IMG/VR virus record: IMGVR_UViG_3300037104_000796
Coordinates: 32,001 to 96,000 of that record
Reading direction: 5' to 3' (one strand)
Length of the DNA stretch: 64,000 nt
Origin: a virus
A program made the translations under genes and the position numbers. Under the pieces are notes generated by a model. That model was given only the letters and a program-made list of their open reading frames with translations, had not been told where the DNA came from and ran no database searches. Positions 18,835-28,219 of the stretch are shown in pieces (the stretch's first letter is position 1; every line of letters starts with the position of its first letter).

Positions 18835-20454
18835 CTATTTTTGGTTCAAGTTTTTTTTTGGAATTGCTTTCGCGTCAATTACTTCAACACCGTCCAAAAT
18901 TACAGAAGCATAATCATCTTTAAGTTCTGGAGGCACCAGGATTGAATCTTGTGGATTCTCATTAACTATATTTAACGGAGTAATAGATTCCTTTTGCTTC
19001 TTTTTATCTATCTTCTCGAGTAACGCTATGACTTCGTCACCCTTAGAGAGTTTGTTGATCTCTTTAAGATTTTTTAACGGTTTTATTTTCTTTTCTTTTA
19101 GCTTTAGAGGATGTACGATTCTTTTTGTTTTTTGCGGAACCTTTACGGCCTCTTTTGGTAGAAGTTCCTGTTCTTTTTTTGGTTCAACCACTTTATTTTT
19201 ATCTTTTGGTGGTCGCCCTCGTTTTTTGATTTCTTTTTTTAAATTCTTATCAACTAACTCAAATTGCGGTAAATTTGCAGACGAAACAGGAGAAGTTTTT
19301 GGAAGTGAAGCAATTGTATCTACGTCAGTTGCTGTTGATTCATTCTCTAATTCTTCTGCATAATCATCAAGAAATTTTTCAATATCTTCAGATGTTTCTT
19401 CTTTACTGGTTGTTTTATCAATTGATTCATTTATTTCTTGAATAGCTTTTTCTGCTGCTGATTCATCATGAATTTCTAATGAATTATTAACATCAGGGGT
19501 TAGTCTTTCAGCCTCGCTATCCATATCATTTATCGCATCTTCTTCGATAGTAGTATTTTTGATATCTGTTTCTTTATCATCAATGATTTCACTCATTTCT
19601 GTACGAGGATTTTTTTCTCCTTTTAAAGATTGAGCAAATTCTTTAGTGGCTTCTTCTTCAGATTGCAAATTAATTTGAAAAGGCTTTTGAAGAACGGGCA
19701 ATCCATTCTCTTTATCAATTGGAGAATTTTTTTCTTTCGATGTTGCATTAGAAACTGTGTTAGCAAGAAGTTCATTTTTTAACGTTTCTAATTGTTCTTC
19801 ACGATCTGGAGCTGTAGATGGTTCTTCGAGAATCCAATCAGTTGGTTTTTCTTCTTTTTTAATGCCATCAACATATTCTTTAGACACACTATTATCGGAA
19901 ATAGGCAAGTTTTCAATAGGATAAGGAATAGATTCTTTTTCTTCTGGCTTTTCTTCTTTAGTCTCATTTTCTTCATTCATGAATTTCATATTCTGAGCAA
20001 CTAAAGCAGTCATACCTAAAGCAACAATAGGAAGTAAAGCACCTGATATCCACGATATAATCATTTGATATATTTCAGGATTTGATGATTGCACACCAAA
20101 TAAAATTGCTTTTTGCCAATATATCCAATCATTACTGCCGCTTTGAGCCATATATTTAAATGATGCATAAACGTTTGCAGTAACTTGTAAAGCAGTTAAA
20201 AGAAACATTAAAGCCCACGGCAAATATTTCCCTTTATTCTTTTCCGACATTAATATTGAAAACAATACTGATGCTTGACCTACTTCGTATGTCAAACCAA
20301 GAAGTACTGCTAAACTCATTGTATTTGCCAAGTGAAAGAATGTAATAGAGTGTAATGTTGATACAAACCCTACACACAAATACAAAAGCGCAAATGTTAT
20401 GATAAGTCCCCAATAGAGACCTCTGTTTGTAATTTTAAACTTTCCTAATTTCAT
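18835..20454 (-). CDS. Membrane protein: about 4 N-terminal TM helices plus long charged low-complexity tail
   Basis: Hydrophobic segments in aa 1-155, then acidic then basic disordered region. Confidence 0.75.
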   Translation of the reverse strand: MKLGKFKITNRGLYWGLIITFALLYLCVGFVSTLHSITFFHLANTMSLAVLLGLTYEVGQASVLFSILMSEKNKGKYLPWALMFLLTALQVTANVYASFKYMAQSGSNDWIYWQKAILFGVQSSNPEIYQMIISWISGALLPIVALGMTALVAQNMKFMNEENETKEEKPEEKESIPYPIENLPISDNSVSKEYVDGIKKEEKPTDWILEEPSTAPDREEQLETLKNELLANTVSNATSKEKNSPIDKENGLPVLQKPFQINLQSEEEATKEFAQSLKGEKNPRTEMSEIIDDKETDIKNTTIEEDAINDMDSEAERLTPDVNNSLEIHDESAAEKAIQEINESIDKTTSKEETSEDIEKFLDDYAEELENESTATDVDTIASLPKTSPVSSANLPQFELVDKNLKKEIKKRGRPPKDKNKVVEPKKEQELLPKEAVKVPQKTKRIVHPLKLKEKKIKPLKNLKEINKLSKGDEVIALLEKIDKKKQKESITPLNIVNENPQDSILVPPELKDDYASVILDGVEVIDAKAIPKKNLNQK

Positions 20455-20470
20455 AATATTTATTTTGTGT

Positions 20471-20782
20471 TTAATTTATTTTTTTCCACCCTTTTTCGTC
20501 AGTGTTAGGTGTGCATTCTTTTTCAATTGTAACATTTATATTTGCATAATCACCATATTTAATAGCTACAGCATCTTTAATAAACATTTCAAGATCAATA
20601 CCTTCAAATGGATTTGAATCTCCTAAGCATACAAATATTTCTTCTGTAAGTTTATTGAAATAAACATCACCATATTCTCCATTACAAATAATCGCAATAG
20701 CCTCAGCATATTCTTTTAATTTCCTAATATTAACTTTTTTGGACATAATTTCTTCATTCAAAGATTCTCTAATTAATTTCAT
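20471..20782 (-). CDS. Hypothetical protein with capsid-targeting-like leader (MKLIRESLNEE)
   Basis: Leader nearly identical to 17264; late-like AATAAATAAAA upstream. Confidence 0.75.
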   Translation of the reverse strand: MKLIRESLNEEIMSKKVNIRKLKEYAEAIAIICNGEYGDVYFNKLTEEIFVCLGDSNPFEGIDLEMFIKDAVAIKYGDYANINVTIEKECTPNTDEKGWKKIN

Positions 20783-20799
20783 TGTTTTATTTTATTTAT

Positions 20800-21357
20800 T
20801 TACCCTGGCCAAGGGCAATTGCCCGGAAGCCCGCATTCAGAACAAGTACAAAGCCCTAAAGTTTTTCCCTGGTCGCCTTTACAAGTTTTGCATGTTGAAG
20901 TTCTGCGAATATAATCTCGTAATTCAACGTAATCTTTTTGAAATTGTTCTGTTTGTCTTTTTTCACCTTTTATTTCAGATTCCAAATGTCCAATGTATGT
21001 TCCATCATCGCATGTGCAATAAACACAAATTTCTTCATCAAATAAAACAAATCCATCTTCATCATACAATACTTTTCCGTTCATAGGTTTATCACATGAT
21101 ACACGATACCAAGCTTTTAAACCTGCACAACGAGGACACACATTATATTTTCGAAAATCAAATTCTTTTCGATCAAGGTCTTCAATTATTGTGAAGTCTT
21201 TTATGTCTTTATTCGCATCTTTAAATACTTTATGTGATCTATAACTGTATAAATATTGGCCATCATTAGTAGTTCCTATAAAATGACCGCCAGCTAGATG
21301 CAAAAAAGATTTTACTACAAATGTATTCATACTATTGGATGATCGTAATTGAAACAA
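20800..21357 (-). CDS. Cys-rich hypothetical protein (multiple CxxC)
   Basis: CPRC, CVYCTC, CKTC, CTCSEC; true start may be the later MNTF. Confidence 0.6.
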   Translation of the reverse strand: MFQLRSSNSMNTFVVKSFLHLAGGHFIGTTNDGQYLYSYRSHKVFKDANKDIKDFTIIEDLDRKEFDFRKYNVCPRCAGLKAWYRVSCDKPMNGKVLYDEDGFVLFDEEICVYCTCDDGTYIGHLESEIKGEKRQTEQFQKDYVELRDYIRRTSTCKTCKGDQGKTLGLCTCSECGLPGNCPWPG

Positions 21358-21599
21358 TCTTCATTTGTACAGTAGTATTCAAGATCAGAAAGCCATGACT
21401 TTTTAACAATATTTGCATAGCATTTTGGACAAGCGCTTTCAAGTGTTGCCACTCTTTCAAAATCATTTACTGAAAGATCAGGATTATTTTTATGAAAATC
21501 TTGATCTGAAGAAAAATGATAAAGTTCTCGATTATCAATTCGAGATTTTCCTAAGGCTTTTCCGCCTTTAAGGATTTTATCGGATTTAATGATGTACAT
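21327..21599 (-). CDS. Hypothetical Zn-binding protein
   Basis: CPKC...YYCTNEDC. Confidence 0.6.
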   Translation of the reverse strand: MYIIKSDKILKGGKALGKSRIDNRELYHFSSDQDFHKNNPDLSVNDFERVATLESACPKCYANIVKKSWLSDLEYYCTNEDCFNYDHPIV

Positions 21600-21600
21600 A

Positions 21601-21753
21601 TTATTTATTATTTTTTAAAAAATTGGCTGAAGGACCTTCAAAAAGGCGCATTATTTCTTCAAATAATTCTTTCTCAGTATTTACATAAGGTTTCATAATT
21701 TCAATCATACCTTCTAATTGTTCAAGAGTAAAACTTATACATCTGACACACAT
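21601..21753 (-). CDS. Small hypothetical protein, 50 aa (not in ORF track)
   Basis: My translation: MCVRCISFTLEQLEGMIEIMKPYVNTEKELFEEIMRLFEGPSANFLKNNK*. The ATG overlaps the upstream TAA (TAATG) and the ORF fills the gap exactly. Confidence 0.55.
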   Translation of the reverse strand: MCVRCISFTLEQLEGMIEIMKPYVNTEKELFEEIMRLFEGPSANFLKNNK

Positions 21754-22088
21754 TATCTTTTCTTTATTGTATCTCTTTCAGCACCACGAACATTAACTGT
21801 TGTGTTTGCGCGTATTTTTTCAGCAACAGATTGTACAGCAGTTGCTCTTTTATCCGCTTCTTCTGCAGTTTTGCTTTGAAGTTTAAGTTCAAATTTAAGT
21901 TTTTCGATGGCAACATTATCTGTAGCTATTTTATTCTGTAATGAATCGATTGTATGAGTGTATTCTTTTTCGCTCATAGAAGTACTCATTCCTCTGGTGC
22001 AGCTTTGTACTGATTTGAATAAAAATAACACAAACAAAATAAGTGCTATCCATTTCATGTTTTTTGCAAAAAATTGTTCTGGTGTCAT
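21753..22088 (-). CDS. N-terminally anchored coiled-coil membrane protein (spanin-like topology)
   Basis: TM WIALILFVLFLF, then a heptad-rich region. Confidence 0.6.
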   Translation of the reverse strand: MTPEQFFAKNMKWIALILFVLFLFKSVQSCTRGMSTSMSEKEYTHTIDSLQNKIATDNVAIEKLKFELKLQSKTAEEADKRATAVQSVAEKIRANTTVNVRGAERDTIKKR

Positions 22089-22121
22089 AAATTGAATTAT
22101 TTTTATTATATATTTGCTTAT

Positions 22122-22160
22122 ATTATATCAACAAAAAAGACCTAAGTTTTAGGTCTTTTT
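22122..22160 (-). promoter_or_regulatory. Fused terminator/promoter: hairpin AAAAAGACCTA-AAACT-TAGGTCTTTTT containing AAAACT-N17-TATAAT
   Basis: -35 at 22145-22150, -10 at 22122-22127, exact 17-nt spacer. Confidence 0.7.
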
Positions 22161-22170
22161 TAAGTTTAAT

Positions 22171-22920
22171 TTATTTTACGGTGTAAATCACCCAAAAGTC
22201 ATCGGTTAAAGCAGGTGTGAAATACGAATAAGGAAGATAAAAATATCCTTTGTTACCCCAGTCAGGACCCCATGAGTTTCTTACAATAAACCATTGTTTA
22301 TTATCATCATAACCAGCTGCAGCAACTGCATGCCCTCCAAGAAGTTTTTCTGATAATTTTGGCATTGGAACAATACCGGTTTTTGCAACAGCATCAGATT
22401 CAAAACTTTCATAAACACTAAATCCGAATACAAATGGATATCCTTGAGCTAAAGCATTTTTATACATATTTACTCCTGATAATGCTTCATATTTTGTAAC
22501 AATATCTTTTAATGCTGCGTTATAGCATTTAACTGTAGGTTTCTTTGCAAATTTATCTACATTATAAGGCCAAAGTTTTTCATCACAAACGCCTTGTTTA
22601 ACAACAGTTTTTATGCCATCTCTTATCATTGCCCCAGAATCAGATTTAACTGAATGTTCAATAACTCTTTCGTTATAATAAATAAATAATCTTGAGGGAA
22701 CCCAAACAGGATGTAATTCTTTGATAAAATCATATTCAATAATTCCTGAGATTGCATTTCCTGTACATGATCCTAGTGTTGTTTGATCATAAACAGGAGG
22801 AAATTTTGATGTTAAATCAACTGCTATTGGATTAATTACCGATGTATTAATCGTAAATTTTAAATCGTGAATATCGGGTAACTGGGGTTTCCACCCATAT
22901 TTTCTTTTAATCTCTGCCAT
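22171..22920 (-). CDS. Papain-like cysteine peptidase (family C1A)
   Basis: DQTTLGSCTGN (Gln/Cys), GGHAV (His), RNSWG (Asn), GYFYLPY. Confidence 0.93.
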   Translation of the reverse strand: MAEIKRKYGWKPQLPDIHDLKFTINTSVINPIAVDLTSKFPPVYDQTTLGSCTGNAISGIIEYDFIKELHPVWVPSRLFIYYNERVIEHSVKSDSGAMIRDGIKTVVKQGVCDEKLWPYNVDKFAKKPTVKCYNAALKDIVTKYEALSGVNMYKNALAQGYPFVFGFSVYESFESDAVAKTGIVPMPKLSEKLLGGHAVAAAGYDDNKQWFIVRNSWGPDWGNKGYFYLPYSYFTPALTDDFWVIYTVK

Positions 22921-23074
22921 ATTTTTATATTATTTTAGTTTCTATATCTATTCACCAAAACAATATGACATAAAAAAAAGACCCAGTAGATCTTTTTTAA
23001 ATACTCGAAATTAATCGATTGAAGATTGCATAGAACGTGTTTTATCATAAAACAGTTCGAAAGGACTGAATATT

Positions 23075-23716
23075 TTAATCTTTGTTAGGTGTCATTACAA
23101 TTACTTTAGCATCACCTTCTGATTCAACCTCAGGTGTAGTTTGATCAGGTTCTGTTGCCGGAACTTCTTCCTTTTTTGGTTCAAGGTCTGCAAGGAAAAA
23201 TCCTTGTTCTGATGCCGCATATTTTTCTTGAAGATATTGAACTTCTTTAAGTTTTACACGTGCTTCTTCAACTTTGGTGCCAACAATTATTCCAATTTTT
23301 GAATATTGATCAGCAATTTTTTCAAATTCCATAGCCAATTCAAGACCTACACCACCGGGACTGGTCATCATATATGCGCAAAATTCAAGAGCCTGATAAT
23401 CTAAACAAAATGCTGTAGTTTCGTTAGCGGCATTCATTGCTTTTTTAACTTCTTCATCCATTTTTATCATACCCATCCAACCGGTTTTTGTCCAGAATCC
23501 GAATCGTTTCATATAATCCATAAGAAACATACCAACTACATTAGCTGCATAATTTCCTTTATCACTGATTTCCCATTTTGTTTCTTGAAAATCTTTAACT
23601 GCTGCTTCAAATTCTGCTTTAAATTTGGCTATTTCTTCAGGAGTGGGTTTGCTTATTTCTTTAACTTCTTCGACACCGTCTTTAACGATAGTAAGTTTTG
23701 TTTTTTCGTCTGCCAT
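23075..23716 (-). CDS. Hypothetical protein
   Basis: 213-aa ORF with normal composition, no recognised motif. Confidence 0.75.
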   Translation of the reverse strand: MADEKTKLTIVKDGVEEVKEISKPTPEEIAKFKAEFEAAVKDFQETKWEISDKGNYAANVVGMFLMDYMKRFGFWTKTGWMGMIKMDEEVKKAMNAANETTAFCLDYQALEFCAYMMTSPGGVGLELAMEFEKIADQYSKIGIIVGTKVEEARVKLKEVQYLQEKYAASEQGFFLADLEPKKEEVPATEPDQTTPEVESEGDAKVIVMTPNKD

Positions 23717-23730
23717 TACGTTTATTAATT

Positions 23731-24504
23731 TTAATTTTGTATCAAATATTCTTGTTTATTTTTTATATGATATTCACGTACTAAAGTTTTAAATTTTTCT
23801 TTAAAATCTTGTAAACTTGTACCCGAAAGATCAATTTCTTGTAACTGATCATTTTGCTTATCAACACAAAGTATTGAAGCTCGATTTATGATTATATTCT
23901 TTTCTTTATACATTTCATCTAATGCTGCAGCATAGCCACCCAACTGATAAAAATACTTCAATTCTTTTGTACTGCCTTTTTTAATTTTTCCATTTGAAGA
24001 TTTAAAGTCAGTTAATGAAAGACCAAACAATTTGTCTTTGAATAAAATATCTAACTTTCCACGATAAAATAATGAAGCAGAATAAATACCCATTTCTAAC
24101 GCAACTACATCAGAATATTTTGTAGGATAGTCTGAATAATAAAATTTGTAAAAGTATTTTCGTCCTTCTTCTATTTTATCATCGGGGATGTTATCAAGTT
24201 TAAGTGCCTTAGGAGATTCTTCTTGAGTGTATTTAAGTGCTTCTGATACATCTTTACTTTTGGAGTAAGTGGATATAAAATTTTCTATGAATAAGTGCAT
24301 GGATGAACCTCTATTGCCTGCAGCAATCATAATTGCATCTGCTTTTGCTTTACCTACTTGAGCAACGAAAGCATCCCATTCAGGATCGGGAATGCACTCT
24401 GCTAAAATAGTTGATACACTTGGAATTTTTATTTTATACACACATTCAGGAAGACCGTATGAGCCCTTCTGCCATTTTATATTTTCTTTATTAAATTCAA
24501 ACAT
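23731..24504 (-). CDS. PD-(D/E)XK exonuclease (Cas4/lambda-exo-like phage exonuclease)
   Basis: PSVSTIL, RGSSMH, E....YRGKLD...DFKSS, YFYQLGGYA. Confidence 0.8.
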   Translation of the reverse strand: MFEFNKENIKWQKGSYGLPECVYKIKIPSVSTILAECIPDPEWDAFVAQVGKAKADAIMIAAGNRGSSMHLFIENFISTYSKSKDVSEALKYTQEESPKALKLDNIPDDKIEEGRKYFYKFYYSDYPTKYSDVVALEMGIYSASLFYRGKLDILFKDKLFGLSLTDFKSSNGKIKKGSTKELKYFYQLGGYAAALDEMYKEKNIIINRASILCVDKQNDQLQEIDLSGTSLQDFKEKFKTLVREYHIKNKQEYLIQN

Positions 24505-24508
24505 ATTG

Positions 24509-24537
24509 TTTATATGAAAAATAAAACAAAAAGTTTT
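24509..24537 (-). promoter_or_regulatory. AAAACT-N17-TATAAA promoter for the exonuclease
   Basis: -35 at 24532-24537, -10 at 24509-24514. Confidence 0.6.
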
Positions 24538-25188
24538 AATGAGTATATAAAATATATAAGTATGTTCATTATGAGAAAATTAAAATATCATAAATTTTAT
24601 TTAATTTATAAAATTACAAATATATTTGATAACAAAAGTTATGTAGGTTTTCATTGCACTGATGATGAAAATGATAAATATTTTGGAAGTGGAAAATTAC
24701 TTAAGTTTGCTATTAAAAAATATGGGAAAGAAAATTTCTATAAATCTATAATAGAATATGTACAACCAGATAATTGGCAAAAAAAAGAAATATTTTGGAT
24801 AAAAGAATTAAAAACTCATATAAGTGAGGGCGGTTATAATTTAACGTATGGGGGTGATGGCATAATTCCAGCCCCAAATACAGGAAAAATTATGTCCGAT
24901 ATTACAAAACAAAAAATCCGCAATTCTTTAAGCTTAATTAATTCAGGAGAAAACAATCCAATGTTTGGAAAGCATCACTCTTGCGAATCTATTCAAAAAA
25001 TTAAAGATAACTTAGATACTAAGGGAGATAAAAATCCGATGTTCGAACATGTATATACTGATGATACTCTTCAACTAATGTCTGAATCACAAAAAAATAG
25101 GACAAAAATTCAATGTCCTATTTGTAAAAAATTCTTCGATCCTGGCAATTTTGGTAAATGGCACGGAAATAAATGTAAGTTACAATAA
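24514..25188 (+). CDS. GIY-YIG homing endonuclease (true start probably 24562 or 24571)
   Basis: LIYKITN...SYVG...YFGSG...GYNLTYGG; NNPMFGKHH; CPIC...WHGNKC. Confidence 0.85.
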   Translation: MKNKTKSFNEYIKYISMFIMRKLKYHKFYLIYKITNIFDNKSYVGFHCTDDENDKYFGSGKLLKFAIKKYGKENFYKSIIEYVQPDNWQKKEIFWIKELKTHISEGGYNLTYGGDGIIPAPNTGKIMSDITKQKIRNSLSLINSGENNPMFGKHHSCESIQKIKDNLDTKGDKNPMFEHVYTDDTLQLMSESQKNRTKIQCPICKKFFDPGNFGKWHGNKCKLQ

Positions 25189-25461
25189 TTTTTTATTATT
25201 GTCAACTTGTTTAATAAGTAAATTGATAAATTTTTCTAATGACTTATCCGTTGGTTCTTCTGAGCTATATGCTGTTATATCTTTTATTCTTACATTAGAA
25301 AGATTTTCAAGAAATAAATCTTCTTCTCCTACATCTTCAAGAGTTGCGCATGCTATAACATCCTTTGTAGTTTTAAGATCGATAGCATCTTCAGTATTAC
25401 TTAATTCAGGAGTATCTCCTTTAATTATTAAGTTTTTGTCAAAAATTATTGTGTTATTCAT
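25180..25461 (-). CDS. Hypothetical protein
   Basis: 93-aa ORF on the local coding strand. Confidence 0.55.
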   Translation of the reverse strand: MNNTIIFDKNLIIKGDTPELSNTEDAIDLKTTKDVIACATLEDVGEEDLFLENLSNVRIKDITAYSSEEPTDKSLEKFINLLIKQVDNNKKLL

Positions 25462-25491
25462 TTTTTAAAGTTTTAAATTATTTTACGTTGT

Positions 25492-26010
25492 TTAAATCAA
25501 ACTGGAAAGCCATGTGATAAGTAGTGTAATCAAATGAAAGTGTATTACTACATAGGCTAAGATTGCAAGGATGATCAAGGATTTGATTATCCATTTAATT
25601 GAAAAAGTTTCGAATCTGAAACGATAAACCATTAAGTAAGATAATGTAGGAAGTCCTTTATCATCTTCAAATTGATTAAATTCGCAGTTTAAACATTCAG
25701 CAAATCCAAGTTCATCATCCAAATATCTGTGTAAAGGATTAAGAGATTCAACTACTTTTGTTTTTTGAACAGCTTCGGGTAATTGAGCATCTACTTCATC
25801 AAGAGATACAATTGTGTAAATATCATAAAGTTTTGTTCGTGATAATTTCCATTGATTGTATTTAGACTTCGGATCTGCTTCCTGTTCTTTTACAACTCGT
25901 TTCCAATCAAAGAAATTTTCAAAATCTCTATAGACTTTAACAATTCCCCAGTTTCTTGGTTTTAGCCAGTTAAACATACTTGTTTTTTTATTCTTCGTCT
26001 TCATTTCCAA
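25492..26010 (-). CDS. Hypothetical membrane protein (C-terminal TM)
   Basis: Hydrophobic C-terminus WIIKSLIILAILAYVVIHF; overlaps the sigma gene end. Confidence 0.7.
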   Translation of the reverse strand: MEMKTKNKKTSMFNWLKPRNWGIVKVYRDFENFFDWKRVVKEQEADPKSKYNQWKLSRTKLYDIYTIVSLDEVDAQLPEAVQKTKVVESLNPLHRYLDDELGFAECLNCEFNQFEDDKGLPTLSYLMVYRFRFETFSIKWIIKSLIILAILAYVVIHFHLITLLITWLSSLI

Positions 26011-26620
26011 AATAAGAATCCACTAAATCTGGATATTTTTTGTATAAAACTCCGGCTACATCTTTACGTGCTTTACGAAGTCTTGTTTTTACAGTTGAAC
26101 AATTCCAACCCAAATCATTAGCAATAGTTTGAAGTTGTTTTTGATTAATCTCTCTTTCAATCATTACCGTTTTATATGGCTCATCTAATTGATGAATCGC
26201 AGAAATGGATGCGTCAAAAAGCTGTTGCGTAAGTTCTTCACCTGTTGGGCCCATACATTCAGTATTCATACTAAATACTGGGTTGTACATTTGAAGTAAC
26301 TTTGAATGATTATTCATATACTTATCAAAAGATAAGTTTTTGTTTTTGTTTCGTAAAATTCCGAGTGCTTCATTCTTTGCAATAGCATAAACCCAAGTTG
26401 AAAAATTATATTTTGGATTATATTGTTCTATTTTTTCCCAAAGAACTATAAAAGTTTGTGCTACAACTTCTTGTGCTAAATCACCATCTTTTACATATTT
26501 GTATGCAAATGATGTGAGACCCGGTTTTAAACGGCTTAATAAAATTGAAAAAGTTTCGTTGTTTTTGTTTTCTATAAAATTTAATGCAATACTCTGTATA
26601 CTTATAATTTTTTTGCTCAT
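25988..26620 (-). CDS. ECF-type (group 4) sigma-70 family RNA polymerase sigma factor
   Basis: Region 2: LAQEVVAQTFIVLWEKIEQY....FSTWVYAIAKN; region 4: LDEPYKTV...IANDLG...STVKTRLRKARK. Confidence 0.9.
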   Translation of the reverse strand: MSKKIISIQSIALNFIENKNNETFSILLSRLKPGLTSFAYKYVKDGDLAQEVVAQTFIVLWEKIEQYNPKYNFSTWVYAIAKNEALGILRNKNKNLSFDKYMNNHSKLLQMYNPVFSMNTECMGPTGEELTQQLFDASISAIHQLDEPYKTVMIEREINQKQLQTIANDLGWNCSTVKTRLRKARKDVAGVLYKKYPDLVDSYFGNEDEE

Positions 26621-26685
26621 AAAATTAGGTTAGTTTAGATATGTGTAATCTGTGTGTAAATGTGAATAAAGAAATGACAGACTGA

Positions 26686-27087
26686 TTAGTCTACCATAAC
26701 TTGTGTTACGTAGTTTCCAACGTTTTTGAGAATTGATTCAACTCTCATATATGGGAACTGACCTATAGCATTTACAATCTGTGTAAGTGTATTATGATCT
26801 AATATATCAACATCAATTGCATTTACAAGTCCTGCAATTTGGTTGAATGGCAAATCACCAATAGCTTTTAAAAGTGCTTGTTTAAATTCTGGTCTAACTT
26901 TATATGTTGGAACATAAGCGTTAGTTTCAATTGCTTGTTTTGCATCTACTTTTGGAGCTTCTACAGGAGTTTCTGGTGCAGGAGTTTCTGGTGCAGGAGT
27001 TTCTGGTGCAGGAGTTTCTGGTGCAAGTGTAGGAACTTCTTCTGTTTTAACAACTTCAGGGGTAGTTTCTTCTGATTCAAGTGTCAT
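26686..27087 (-). CDS. Hypothetical protein with APETP repeats and a duplicated AIGxxP[FY] helical unit
   Basis: Translation; promoter candidate at 27130-27158. Confidence 0.75.
   Translation of the reverse strand: MTLESEETTPEVVKTEEVPTLAPETPAPETPAPETPAPETPVEAPKVDAKQAIETNAYVPTYKVRPEFKQALLKAIGDLPFNQIAGLVNAIDVDILDHNTLTQIVNAIGQFPYMRVESILKNVGNYVTQVMVD
26964..27023. repeat. 15-nt perfect tandem repeat x4 (CAGGAGTTTCTGGTG), encoding APETP
   Basis: Four identical units read directly. Confidence 0.95.
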
Positions 27088-27129
27088 AGTAATGATTATT
27101 TTAGTTTAATAAATTTATTTTGTACTTAT

Positions 27130-27158
27130 TTTATATATCAAAGTTGAACTAAAGTTTT
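27130..27158 (-). promoter_or_regulatory. AAAACT-N17-TATAAA promoter overlapping a GATATATAAA late-like motif
   Basis: -35 at 27153-27158, -10 at 27130-27135; upstream of the operon containing the ECF sigma. Confidence 0.6.
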
Positions 27159-27225
27159 ACTTTGTATAGTAAATATAATACATTTTATGTGTTATGGTTT
27201 GTTAAGAAAGTTAATTGTTTGTTAT

Positions 27226-27522
27226 TTATGCTTCAACATATCCAACTGCTTTCAGGTGAGTCAATCGTGTTGCAACATCAGAAGCAATTATTTGACTCGA
27301 GTCGGTTATAATACCGCTTTTTGTTTTGTATGTCTTAACATATACGAACCACGGGTCTTCTTTGTCTTCTACAAAGACAATTGTCTGCGGTGAATGAGGT
27401 TTTGATAAAGTATAAAGAATTTTATTATCCATAAAATCTTTAATGTTTTCTGTGCTTTTTTCTTTAACGGTTTTTGCTCGATATTTGTTATACATTGGGT
27501 TTATTGAATAAAGTGTTATCAA
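27226..27522 (-). CDS. Hypothetical protein (start uncertain)
   Basis: ORF downstream of tmk. Confidence 0.5.
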   Translation of the reverse strand: MITLYSINPMYNKYRAKTVKEKSTENIKDFMDNKILYTLSKPHSPQTIVFVEDKEDPWFVYVKTYKTKSGIITDSSQIIASDVATRLTHLKAVGYVEA

Positions 27523-28219
27523 GATATTTTTTATAGGTATCGAATAATGCTTCTGGTGATAATGTTTCCCAAAGCACTACTTTTGATCCTGGGACTGTAG
27601 TTGTATGAGCGCATTCAACAATTTGATAATTTTGATAACCTTTAAGTGCTAAATAGTTATCACGAACTCTTTCCTGAAATTCAATATCATTTTCATGAAT
27701 ATCTACCTTTCCTTGAAGATAATCACGATTTTCTGCTATTTTTCTTTCTTTTAATCTTTCTTTTATAAAGTCAATTGGAACATCAAAGAAAATATTCAAA
27801 TCAGGATAAGGAAGTTCCAAAAATCCAAATTCAAATTCATCAATCCAATCTCTCATTATTTGAGATTGAGCTTCATTAAAATGTTTTGCTCCTTGAAAAG
27901 CCATGTTTGAAAATACATAGCGATCTAATAATACTACATCATTAGATAAAAGTTGTTTTTGAAGAGTGGGAAGATATAAAAATCTATCCATTGCATAAAT
28001 ATTAGCAACAAATATAGGATTGACATCATTAATACTTCCGTATTCTCCTCTTAAATAAGCTGAGATACAATTGCTAGCTTCATTATTTCCATAGATAGGG
28101 AAATGAATAAATTCATATTTAAGGCCATGTTCTTCAAAATATTTTTTAATCAGTTCAATTTGAGTAGATTTTCCACTCCCATCCAATCCTTCTAAAACTA
28201 TTAATTTTGCGCCATCCAT
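27488..28219 (-). CDS. tmk: Thymidylate (dTMP) kinase
   Basis: IVLEGLDGSGKSTQ P-loop, LLDRYVFSNMAFQG, PDLNIFFDV. Confidence 0.93.
   Translation of the reverse strand: MDGAKLIVLEGLDGSGKSTQIELIKKYFEEHGLKYEFIHFPIYGNNEASNCISAYLRGEYGSINDVNPIFVANIYAMDRFLYLPTLQKQLLSNDVVLLDRYVFSNMAFQGAKHFNEAQSQIMRDWIDEFEFGFLELPYPDLNIFFDVPIDFIKERLKERKIAENRDYLQGKVDIHENDIEFQERVRDNYLALKGYQNYQIVECAHTTTVPGSKVVLWETLSPEALFDTYKKYLDNTLFNKPNV

Noticed and set aside
23731-24504. Cas4 as part of a CRISPR-Cas locus
   Set aside because: There is no array or other cas gene nearby and no Fe-S Cys cluster; stand-alone PD-(D/E)XK exonucleases are common in large phages.
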